Source of the DNA: Blastocystis sp. subtype 4 | Lineage: Eukaryota | NCBI RefSeq assembly: GCF_000743755.1 | Contig: NW_014569487.1 | Location: 1-43,027 of the forward strand | Reading direction: 5' to 3' | Length of the DNA: 43,027 nt | Part shown: positions 1 through 11,632 of the stretch, piece after piece | Layout: the number at the start of each line of letters is the position of its first letter | Position numbering within the stretch: the first letter of the stretch is position 1 | Made by a program: the position numbers and the translations under genes | Notes under the pieces: generated by a model | Databases searched by the model: none | What the model was told of the DNA's origin: nothing | The model's input: only the letters and a program-made list of their open reading frames with translations

Positions 1-2
1 TT

Positions 3-173
3 GATGTTAATGATGATATGAGAATGAAATGGATTGATGATTGTGAATTGATTGTTACTAGTTGTGTTGAATCTCTGATTATTGATGATCATTTCAATCG
101 ACCTGATATATCATCATTGATATTGAACAATTCATTGATATCATTGAAACGAATTGACATTGGAAATGGCTGA
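3..173 (+). pseudogene. Fragment of LRR-like repeat protein (Blastocystis expanded family), probably degenerate
   Basis: Frame 3 reads DVNDDMRMKWIDDCELIVTSCVESLIIDDHFNRPDISSLILNNSLISLKRIDIGNG*, an LxxLxIG-type repeat. TGA falls where a Cys/Phe would be expected and more stops follow. The 5' part is outside the window. Confidence 0.4.
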
Positions 174-747
174 GGAATGTGAAGAATGAATAGTTTAAGT
201 GATAAAGACTAGAAATCGGACATTGCAAATAGTCCTACTCTCTTTGTGCTGGATCCCTAGTGAATGATCCTCTTGATTAGCTTTTTCGATAAATGATTCA
301 TCACAAAAGAGAAGAGAACTATTCGCAGTGTCCGATTTCTAGTCTTCATTGTTTTTTTCTGTACCGAACCAACCACAAGTTGTTGCCCCATATGCTAATG
401 ATTTCATCCTCTTTGTTCATTATCAACTACACTATTTTTATCACTTATCCTCTTCAATCACGATACTGTGTTATTCTTCAATATCATGATAGCAATTGAA
501 AAGAAGGTTCAGCCCTTCTTTGAAGGGATAATTTTATGCGATTCTGAACCAGTCATTGTTGATTGGATTACTACATCGAAAGCAAGAATTGAATTTGGTG
601 ATATTTTGACAATTCCATATTTCTAATAAAAGAGTGGAATTCCTGATCCTCGTTTTGCGATAAGTGAAACGTCTTTTACCTCAATATTCTCCACTTACAG
701 GTCTTACTCGTTCTCTCTCTTTATCGAGTATCCCTACTATCTTGAAA

Positions 748-2550
748 ATGCAGCTTGTCTTCTCTCTATCGAAAGTAGCTACGACAACTCGATTCTTGCC
801 ATCGGTATCAAAGATTATCCTTTGTGGAGCTTCTAAGTCATTCAGTACTTCCTTTCTGTTTCTGTCATTCGATTAGAGCAAGTCCGTTCCTTTTCTCAGG
901 GTTTGGAGCGACAGAGTCTGCGTAATCCAAAAGATGATGGTGATTTTGTATTTGCCCAGACTGCCTACAAGTTCGATGTGTGTTTACGGTTCTGTTATAA
1001 TGAATAGGAGTCGGTTGCGTCATTTAATGGACCTGTGAATCACTATGACTATCTAGTCAAATCGGGTACGATTATCGATGATCAGTACCAAGTACACGAT
1101 CGTTGACTTTCCAATGCTTAGAGAGAGGTTGCTAAGATTCTCCAGGGCATCTACAATAATCTCCTTGACTTCTACGTCAAAGGTCCAGATGGTTTAAGCA
1201 AAGCTGATAAGAATCTCACAACTCCTTCATCAACCCCTTCAGCACTGGTTTCTGAAGAATCAAAAGGTGGTTGGGGTTGGTTCAAGAAACGTTCTGCAAG
1301 GCCTGAGAAGCCATCTTCACCTCTTCTATCAACAGGTTCTGCTACTGTGAAGCACACAGGAACAAACTATGATATCATTCACAACTCCAGCACTCCCGCG
1401 GTTCTTCAGACCTTTTCAACCCCTAAGGGCATTTACATTTGGGGTGGCCCGGGATGTGGGAAGACCTATCTAATGGACCTTCTGTTCAACAGTATTCAAT
1501 GTCCCGACATCAAGAAGGCTCGTGTGGACTTTCACTCCTTCATGCTGGAAATCAACATGAAACTCCATCAACTACGACAGAAATACGGTCAATTTTTGTT
1601 ATAGGAGTAATACCTAGGTGCTCGCAGTGATCCTCTTCCAGAAATAGCTCGTAATATTGCCAAGCGCAATAATGTTCTGTTTTTCGACGAGTTTCAAGTG
1701 ACAGATGTTGCAGATGCCATGATGATGCAACGGTTGTTTTCCAATCTGTTTTCAAACAACGTTACTGTTATCTCCACATCGAATAGGTACTATTAGAACA
1801 AGAAAGATTAGAGATAGAGAACCAGATGATCTGTATCGTGATGGAGTTCAACGTGATCGATTCGTTCCATTCATTCATCTTTTGAAAGCTGTACGGATAA
1901 TAGGAGAATATGATGGATAGCAGTGTCCTGTGCTTCATCTTAATAGTGGAAAGGATTATCGATTCGGTGGTAAGAAGGATGTGAAAACATATTTCTATCC
2001 ATTGTCAGAATCAAATGATCATGAGGTTGAAAATTTGTTTGTTCATGTGGCTGGAGGTAACAATTTCCAATGTGGTGAAGTGGAAGTTGTTCAAGGGCGA
2101 CATATTCATGTGAATCGTTACTTAAAGTGAATGAGTGAATGAATTTTAATGAGTAGTGGAGTGTGTGAATTTACCTTTGATGATCTGTGTAAGAAACCAA
2201 CTGGAGCTAGTGATTACATTAGTTTATGTAGGGTTGTTATGACTGGCTTAGACATAGGTAATCACTTCCATACAATGATCTTACGAAATATCCCTGTTTT
2301 TACCATGAATTCAATTACAGAACTGCGTAGGTTTATCACTCTGGTTGATGAACTGTATCAATACAAGGTAAAGCTGATCTGTACCACAGAAGCTCCTCTC
2401 AAAGATCTCTTCCAGTTAAATCGAGATGCAGTTTTGGATGAAGTATTTGCGTGTGATCGAACATTATCACGGTTGGAGGAAATGCAAACTGTTCATTATC
2501 TCCAGACGCTCCATTTCTTACAGAAGCCTAAGTTGGAAACTTCTCAGTAG
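748..2550 (+). CDS. AFG1: AFG1/LACE1 (ZapE-family) mitochondrial ATPase, multi-exon
   Basis: Walker A PKGIYIWGGPGCGKTYLMDLLF, RVDFHSFM, Walker B VLFFDEFQVTDVADAM, RRFITLVDELY, FACDRTLSRLEEMQ. Introns include 845-876 and 979-1008. N-terminus MQLVFSLSKVATTTRFLPS looks like an organellar presequence. Confidence 0.92.
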
Positions 2551-2560
2551 TCATTTGAAT

Positions 2561-2578
2561 TGTTTGTTGAAATAAACA
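2561..2578. promoter_or_regulatory. Back-to-back 3'-end (polyadenylation) elements for convergent AFG1 and GEX1-like genes
   Basis: TGTTTGTT on + at 2561-2568 and TGTTTATT on - at 2571-2578, 2 nt apart, between the two convergent stop codons. Confidence 0.65.
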
Positions 2579-2635
2579 GAACCAAACGCAAAAGTGGAAA
2601 AGAAACGGAAAAATGAAAAAGGAAGCATATTCGAA

Positions 2636-4095
2636 TTAACACTCGAAGTCAGAATCAGACGAATCACTCATAAACAGAACACGACAAGCATAATCACCCA
2701 CCTCACCCTCAGATCCATCATACACAACCTTCTCTGTACCACTACATTCTGTGATAGGATAATTCTGACAGAGAGAACGAAGAGGGTACTTTGATCGACA
2801 CGTATGAGATACAGTGCTCTCATTAGTATTAGGAGAAATTCTCGGTGGAGTTTGCTGGCTACGTTGCATGTCTACCAGATGCTGTAATAATAGATGATTC
2901 TCCTTCGTTAGATCCTTTCGGAACAACAGTCGATATCCAGTGTGAATACAACATAGACTAATTACCAGACCTTTGAGAAAGAGATTGATGAATGTGGCAA
3001 CTGACTCGTTGGGAAACAATGAGCATAATTTTACACTCAGAACGGTTACAAGCACATATAAATAGAAATAAGGACGAAGGAACGTGATCTACTCGTAATC
3101 ACTAATTTTTCTTCCTTACTCCTGGCAATGCAGTAATAACATACACAAGAATGGTTTTTAACGTAAAGGACACAAGAGTACTAGTATCAGCAAAGGATGA
3201 TTGCAAAAAGGATTGAACTTTGGATAATGTCTCCATTTTCTCATTTATCCACGTTACAATCAAATGAATCTTGTTGAGATATGACTCAGTTTCATTGCGC
3301 ATTGAATCGAAGGATGTAACCAAATGTGTCTATTACTCATCCTATTCATCCTAAATCACATTCAGATTCGAGATGTGTTCTTTTGTTTCAGTTATTGTGG
3401 TGAGTACATGCTTCCCTTGATTGAGTGTCTCTTGATGCATTGCAAGATTCCGATCTTGCAACTTCAGTAATTCATTCTCCTTTGCAATTGACTGCGATCT
3501 AAAAATCATGTTTAAACACATCCATGACAGTAACGAGGTTGTTTCTTCTGCAGCATTCTCAAGATTACGGACTGAACGATCTGTGCGATCTTGCCACTCC
3601 TTACTTTCACGATAGTAACAGAGGCTATCTCCATGATTGTAAAACTGAGTAAAAATATCAAAATCTGTTGTCGACAACTCGCGTGTACATGCTCGAATCT
3701 CGTTCTTATTGCACGAAGGGATTGTGCGACCTTTCCATAATACGTTTCGATTGCAAGTACCTGTATCATCATAGTAGCATATAAGGACATTCCAAGCAAA
3801 CTGCATCTTCTCTTCTCTTGTCATATCCAAACAAGAACCTTTTACAGCTTCAAAAGCTTTCTATTATTTAAATGTAACTTCATCCGATTACATCCCAACA
3901 ATCAATATTGTCTGTTTCTGATTCCAGACCAGTCCATTTCGTATAACTCTCTTGTGTTAATTTCCGCAGTTTCTCGTTCATTTCAGAGGAATAGTGTATT
4001 TCTTCTACGAGAATGACTTCACTAACTCACGTGGTACTGCTTGTCGATAGAATAATGATGAACAATAGAAGGGTTAAATAGTACAGCGTGGGCAT
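2636..4095 (-). CDS. GEX1: GEX1/KAR5/Brambleberry-family nuclear envelope fusion protein
   Basis: Signal peptide MPTLYYLTLLLFIIILSTS. Spliced Cys-rich domain CWDKAFEAVKGSCLDMTREEKMQFAWNVLICYYDDTGRTIPSCNKNEIRACTRELSTTDFDIFTQFYNHGDSLCYYRESKEWQDRT, then coiled coil and C-terminal hydrophobic TM segments. Confidence 0.82.
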
Positions 4096-4219
4096 GGTTT
4101 GACGCACACTACTCCTGTTGAGAAGGAAAAGAATGACGATTATTCAAATGAGGAATAGAATCAGAACTAAATCTGTTTGCTAATGTGATTTACTTTCCTT
4201 TTTTAGAAACAAACAAACC

Positions 4220-6766
4220 CTAAAGTTCCTTTTTTGCCTTATTACTCTTCCACCCAATAGATTTCTTCATCGAATCCTATCAGTAATCACTCTTTCATAG
4301 ATCTACATTCGATTTCCGATCAATCTTCTTCACTCCCAACAACTCATCCGTTCCTGGTTCAGCCGGGCGTTTCATTGATTCCTTCTTTGATGTAGGACGA
4401 TATGCCTCTCGAAGAGATACAAACTCTTCCTCCTTCGTATCCTCCTTTGCCTCTTCCTCCTTTGCTTCTGCTTCATCTTCACTATCAGATTCGGATTCAC
4501 CTCCCATCGTTCCACTGATAAAAGCAAGATCACGGAACATCTCGTTCAGATCGAGAGAAGCCTCAATCTCCTCACACATCTGTTTCTGTTTCTGCTCCAT
4601 CTGCTCTTGCTCTTTCATTGCTTCTGGTGTAAGAAGTGACGAAGAGATTGATCCCTGGTTCTGAGGCAGCAGATCCAGTTGACAAGAAGTTGTAATAACT
4701 GCAGGTTTCGCCTGGAAGTTGGCTATACATCACCTCTCAGTCCTATCTGTACGATGGTACACGCTTTGTAACGACACAGCTCCATCCTTGACCAGAACCG
4801 TTAACTGACTTGGAGTATTATTCCAAACTTGGACAGGCTTCTGTTTAACCTCTTTTACCTCCTCTTCCTCCTCCTCCTTCTCCTAAAAAATGAATGACTC
4901 TTCTGATTCTCACAGTCTTTGGAACTCTCGCTTCCTCCACCAAGTCACACAATCCTTCGAGCGAGCCAGAGTATTCGCTCGCCTGCTGAATCAAATCAAT
5001 AACCTCCCTTGCCCGGCTTCGAACATACACAGGTACAGGATGAAGAAGACGAGGGAGGTCGGCTGTAGTGTGAGGAACTGATTTAGCAAGTTTTGTGAGA
5101 GATACGAATGGAAGAATGTATTGAGGCGATTCATCTGCTTCTCGAGCAATGGTATCTCTCCATAGAAAGAGACTTACAAACACTTGACGTTGAGTGTTAT
5201 TTAAAACGAGCGATTTTCTGAATGTGAAATACATGAAACAATGATACTTGTTGATCATGTCGATAGCTGTATCCACTGTTACTGTAGGCTTTTGATAAGC
5301 CTGCTTGCACAGCTCCTCGCTTCGCTTCAGCACTTCCTCCAGCAAATCTCGATCTCCACTCTCATTCACTAAAAGGACTCGTAACTCGTCGCTAATGTAC
5401 AGTAGATAATGTGTATCCTCACGAGCATACTTCTTCATGTCAGCTGTCAATGGACGAATTCTAGACAAGAACCGCGGGAATTTCAACTTACCTCCAATCG
5501 GCTAATTGATATTCTTTGTTCGCAATAACATCACAGAATCGCTTTAGAAGATATGCCAATCCAAACGACTCGAACCCTAGCACACGGGCAGCCTGACCTG
5601 TATCGAACATATTCACCTACATGAAACCCACAAGTCAGAACTACCATATAAACACCAAAGTCCTTCTGCAGCCATACAATATCCATGTCAGCTCCATGAA
5701 GCACCTTCATAATGTGAGGATTTGTAAACACTTCATTGAGAAGCCACACAAAATCTCTCGCTTTAATCACATCAACCAAGTAATCAGATGTCCGTGTCGA
5801 AATCTGAATAACATAGCATAATAATGATCATACCTGAAGCAAACACGTGAAACCCTGATAAGTTCGGAAGTTGTGATGTTCTAAATCGACTGCTATACTC
5901 TTTTCCTTCATTAATTCTTCCACCAACGATTTCATTCCATCCTCGGTTTCCACAACGATAAGAGGGGTAGCATTCTCGCTTCGTGGTTTAGTAACAATCT
6001 CCGGTAGAGTTCGCTCCCAATCTGGATACACCAAATCTACTCTTTACAATGTGATAGGAATCTCACTATTCAACTCATATAGATACGGATTACTATACAA
6101 CCCATCACTTTCAAGTTCTGTATATGATCTTTTTATTCAAATCATACCATCCAAACTCCAGTTCATCTGAGCATTGTGTTTCACTTTAAGTTTTGGTTGA
6201 AATGGAGTTTTAGAGTTATCTACACCATCTGTGAATGCTAACTGCGGCTTGTCTAGAGAGGCCTTATACGTAATGACGTTTTCCTTGACAGCAGAACCTC
6301 TATCCACAGTACCTTGCTTTGAACCGCTCTATTCATCACTTTACAATCAAAACCCTACATCCTTTGTGTCCTTTAACAAACCCTTCTTCATGTCTATTGC
6401 CTCATCCATCTTTTCGAAAATTGTATCATAAAGAGATTCTACAACAGCAAACTGTTGCGGTTCATGAATTGATAGGTTGTCCTTGAGTACTGTTGTGGTT
6501 AATGGTAAATACTACAGGAATCACTTCTTTCAAAATGAATTCTACATATTCATATATTTTCTGAACATATCCTAAGCTCTTTGCGTTGATTTCCTCGGCA
6601 AGTCCTTGAAACTCGGGAAATAGGTTGAAATAATCAAATTCACCTATTCCTGGAATCCGATTGATAAACTAGCATCGTTACAAAAAGAACCAACAAATAC
6701 CGAGAGCGCTCTATTCAAAACCTCATCGACTGCCTTGAGTTGTGGACTCTCCTCATTTGAACTCAT
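4220..6766 (-). CDS. RRP6: Exosome 3'-5' exonuclease RRP6/EXOSC10
   Basis: [49 protein letters not shown] (across intron), [16 protein letters not shown] domain ([18 protein letters not shown]). Last exon [18 protein letters not shown] ends 4 nt before TGTTTGTT. Confidence 0.93.
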
Positions 6767-7670
6767 TAGAATCGAAAACAATCTAGGAGATGGACAATTG
6801 TGATTTCCTTTAAGAGTAAATGGATTTGGTATTCGATGGAACAAAGAATCTATAGACGAGAAATAGAGAATCCTCTTAACTGATGAATCTCCCATTCTAT
6901 CCAATTCAACGTTAGGGGCTACAAAATAGAGTTGGTTAACAACGATCATGGTTTACCAAGTATAAACCTAGAGTGGTTGTAATCTAACAGCATGATACAA
7001 CAGTTGCAGAACTATAAACAGTAGTGGCTGTTCCAAAAATGATAGTCAATTGAGAAGCTTATTACTCGAAACAACAATGAATTGTGATGTTTCTCCATTA
7101 TTATATATAATAACTAGAAATGACCTAATAAGTGCACATGTCTAGTGGTTCATACCTCTTCTCTCTTGATAATTATAAAGAGAGTATAGGAATGGAAGAC
7201 TTGGAATAATCGAGAATGAATATTATGGCTACATTTGGATATCAACTGACCCCTATTTAATGGTCTCTTTTTTCTAACACAATTTGTTTTCTTTTGGAGG
7301 TGTTTCAGGTATGTAAATGATCTGTTGTCTTAATTGGGTTCCCACCTCGGCTGAGCACTAGTTGCTCTTCAGTACAATTGAACCCGCAAATTGCTTTCAG
7401 TATTTGCTTTTCCACGCTGTCTGTTGCATGGGAAATGAACGTGCTGGTTCCATTCTAATCCTTTATAGGTATGTGGGTGATCAAGTGTGCATTTGTCCAG
7501 TCATAATCCATATCGTTTGATTGTTTGACGATGTGGTTCGCTTTTGGACGAGAGCGAGAATGTTATAACTGGTTGTGTGGATTGTGACTGTCTTCATGAC
7601 TTATAAGCCATTCCATATCTAATAATTATAGTGATTTGGTTGTTAAAGAAAGATTGTTTGTTTAAACGAT

Positions 7671-8361
7671 TCACTTCTTTCCTTTCTTGGCAGCTTCATT
7701 CTTCAGACGAGCTTGTTCTCGAATTCGTTCTTCTAGCGCTGCTTTCGCTGCCTCTTCTTCCTTTCTTCTCTTCGCTGCTTCCTCTCGCTGAGCTCGAATA
7801 CGTGCCAATCTCTCTAACGTAGCTTTCGCTTCAGGCTAGTCATCACTGCTTCAATTCACAGATACCGTTTTACCTTCAAGAGTCTTCTGGAAGTAAGCTT
7901 CCTTTGCTCTTTGTTCTTCTAACTCTCGTCTGATATTCATTCAGATTCACATAGTTATTACTTTTGCCTTCCAGAGAGTTCAACGACAAGTGTGCCATCA
8001 CTAGCTACAGGTCCCTTATTCTATCGTTCATGCAATTACAGACCCCATACATTTGTTCTATTCAAATTATGGGTTTCAATCACTGGTTCCGTTTGCTTAG
8101 GAGATCTCTTTTCATTATTTTTATCAAATAATGTAATACCCGTCTTCTAGGAACATCCATTTCAGGTTCAGAATCTGACTCATTCGCTTCAGATGACGTT
8201 TCCTCTTCGTCGTCACTTTGTCGCTTCTTCTTTTCCTCTCTCTCCTATAATGATTATAAGAGCATTTCTTCTACCATCATATTACGAGCAATGATATCAT
8301 CCTCATTCTCTGCTAATACTCTTTCACGGCCTTTGTGAGATCCACGCTTACCTCCTCTCAT
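7671..8361 (-). CDS. PDAP1: PDAP1/PP28 (28 kDa heat- and acid-stable phosphoprotein) homologue
   Basis: Starts MRGGKRGSHKGRERV. C-terminal RELEEQRAKEAYFQKTLEGKT|PEAKATLERLARIRAQREEAAKRRKEEE matches the PP28 family core. Not in the ORF track because of introns. Confidence 0.82.
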
Positions 8362-8524
8362 GTTATTATGAAAGATATAATGACCACAAAAGACCAAAGA
8401 GGAGGAATCACGGGAATTCAAGATACTATTGTTAGTCTATTCGTTTGTATCATGAGATGAGGGGAAGTATCGAAAACCATTATGTCTGGAACTAGAGATT
8501 TGTTTCAATCAGTAACAAACAATG

Positions 8525-9360
8525 TTAAAATGGATTATTCCATAGTCCATCATATACTACAGATTCTATCTATTATCACATCCACAAAGAGCTTACCAAA
8601 AGGGAAGCGGCCTTTTCTTCTTGGATTACACTCTTCCTTCTTGTACCCCAAAGCAATTACAGCTGAGACCTGGAAATTATAGGGAATCTTGAAAGCTTCT
8701 TGAACTTTGGCTTCAGAGTATCCGTTCATAATCACACTATTAAGACCGCTACTCTCTGCTAGAAGACAAATATTCTCGATTAAGAATGCAACTTGCTGTT
8801 GACTCCAGGCTTGCATCGTGATACGACTGGAAAAAGGTCGGAAGAGACGAATGAAAAAAGCAAACACATCATAGATCCATCCAAACATCACATGAATCAA
8901 GGTATTCAGAGTATATTTTGACGAGGCTACGATGAACACCACATATTGATCGTACCATATAATTGAATCCTCTTTGTTTGCTTCTTCCAATTCTCTTGAT
9001 ACGCAAACTTGCCAAAGTCTGAAATACACTTTTTGGAGTCTAGGTAACAATCACCTCCAACACCATACCCATTTCCGAACACATAATAATTGATACATCC
9101 GCCTCTCGCACAACTGGGGCATTCTTCTGACTCATACAATTTGCCAGTTTCTCCTTTATAGAAGAATCTCGTACTAGGATCATCCGATAGGGCTGAAGAT
9201 TCATCGATGTGGGTGTCCTCTACAGGTCATATTCAACTAGAACACAAACAAGCGAATAACCAAGAATTGTTTCAAGCACACCAGGAGCAATCTGTTTGTT
9301 ACTGAATTCACGAATGCTCTGTCGGGATATTACAACCGTTTTCAGAATATCAAAATCCAT
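8525..9360 (-). CDS. Nitroreductase-family flavoprotein
   Basis: Spliced MDFDILKTVVISRQSIREFSNKQI...YSL|RTPTSMNLQPYRMILVRD (RxSxRxF and PS/TxxNxQP motifs), ENICLLAESSGLNSVIMNGY, VIALGY, RFPF|ESVVYDGLWNNPF*. Confidence 0.87.
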
Positions 9361-9376
9361 TCTCAACAAACACAAT

Positions 9377-11484
9377 ACTGTCGTTTAGCTTTACTCTCCA
9401 AGTTATCTTCGTCTAGGGGATGATCTCTCTTGAGAGATTGTGGAATTTCCTCGCATAGATCACTATCCTCTTCCATGTCAATACTACTAGAGTCCTCCTC
9501 TGTTTCAATGTTCTCATTCTCCTCTTCATCTCTTGTACGAAGAATCGAAGGAATCACTTCCGGATTCAATATGACGTATCCATCCTCATACTTCTCCACG
9601 AGATCATCTAACTTCTGATGATAAACAGTAATCGATGCGTGCTGATTATTGATACAATCTGCAATCTCAATCAATGAACCATGTTGAATCCCACCACCAG
9701 CTATTTCTAACTCACTCCATTTAATCCTACATAGGTCACAGAGATTTGTTTTGAATAAATCCGAATAATCACGTTGTTCTTCCTCCTCTTCGTCTGGAGT
9801 TTCATAAAGGAGATTTGATCCAACCGATATCATAGGAGCCTCAAACTGAAGTTTGTCCTACATTCAATCAGTATGATAGGAGGTACATGAACAATCTCCT
9901 CTAGGAATCCTCGAAATGATGCCCTGTTGATATCCATCACAACAATCAGATGCGTTTTGGAATTACATGTGAGACAATTGGTAAAAGGAGGCAACAAGGT
10001 GACAGATTGAAGGAAACGATTCTATCTCATACTTGAAATGAATGAATACTTTGTTTGTTTTCACCTTTAATAAGTACGAATATCGCATTTCTTTGGCTTG
10101 CTCTGATGCAGGCTTTGATTGTAGATTCAATAATTTCACTGCTGAGAGGACTTGAATTCCGGCTACAATCGCATTTGTACTTGCCAATGCAGGAATAATG
10201 TTGCCAGCAATCTTCTTTATCGCAAGAACAGTTCCTGCGGGAATATGGAAAGAATGACAACGCAAGTGGAATCAAGAAACAACAGGATGAATAGAAGAGG
10301 ATATATTCGTAGCTGCTGCGACAATTACAATATCACCATGATTGTCTTTATCAAAAGAGTGAACTGATTCCTATGAATCAACCTCGATTTCTTTCAGTAC
10401 ATATTTCCCTTCCTTGTAATATTTCCATATCCACAGTAATAGTACATTCACACACGTTTTCACGTCCCATACAACATCATAAGAATTGGCTTTGCTATCG
10501 AATTCACCCTTCAAAATACCTTCTACATCCTATATTCAACGATTTCATGCATTTATACAACAAGAGAACGGATTCCCACGGGAATCGGCTGTTGAGATAT
10601 CGTTGCATAACTACCAATCTGCAGACGTTTCTCAATCTCTTTATCAAAGAGTGCTTCCAGCATAGTAGTACAGAAATCAAGACATTTCTTATCATCCTTC
10701 ACTACTGTGGAAGATGTCGGCTTCAAACACTGCATGTATACAGAATCCACTTCTTCAAATAGCAGACTCTCACTTGTCTCTCCAAAGAGCAAAACAAACA
10801 GTTCCTTTGCCCAAACAATGTTGTGTTCAATCTTCTCAGGAGTACTACAGTGAATTCCTTTCTCATGTTGTACCTTCGAATTGTACAAATGGCATATTTC
10901 TCTCCTTCATCACCTCCTCGAGGACGACAATTATAACATTCTGTCTGATGTGGAATAATAGGATAACTCTGACCCAATAAACCTGTCGATCCTCCTTCAA
11001 TGAGAGGAACATTAGCAAGAACACACATGCTATTCACATATTGACGAGCCTTCACATTATCCAAGGCGTTAAACACAATATTGAAGGATTTAAAAAAGAA
11101 AAGATCAAATTTTGGATTCATTATATTCGCATGTTCGGCATCAATCTCAACTCCATCTCCAAAATCCTTTACCTAATTGTTCAGTACGTGAAACAATAGT
11201 ACAGCCTTTGCAGCAACAATAGCCTTGGACTGACCAATGTGCTCCTTTCGAAAGAGAAACTGTCTATTCAGATTGGACATTTCGATCGTGTCCAAGTCAA
11301 TCACCTTTATATCTAAATATCAACACAAACGAGTATTCGTGCGTTTGAATCCTGATATGACCAAATTTTTCAGAATCTCACATCCTATACCACCTGCACC
11401 GACAACAAGAACTTTGGCTTTGACAATGCGATCACCAATGTCTGTTGTACACAAACAATCATACAAACTGTGAGAATTGCTCAT
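9377..11484 (-). CDS. UBA2: SUMO-activating enzyme E1 subunit 2 (UBA2/SAE2)
   Basis: [54 protein letters not shown], catalytic [36 protein letters not shown]. End placed at the predicted poly(A)-completed stop; the genomic in-frame TGA is at 9363-9365. Confidence 0.92.
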
Positions 11485-11632
11485 ACTCACAATTGAGAAA
11501 AAGTACAATGAAGTATTTCCAAATCTAAAGATACTATGAGACTCGAAATCAGAATGAAACATCTCGAGGCATCAATTTTTATTTAATTTTTCATTATTGA
11601 CTCTGCCATTACTCCTTCTAATAATTCTCCTC

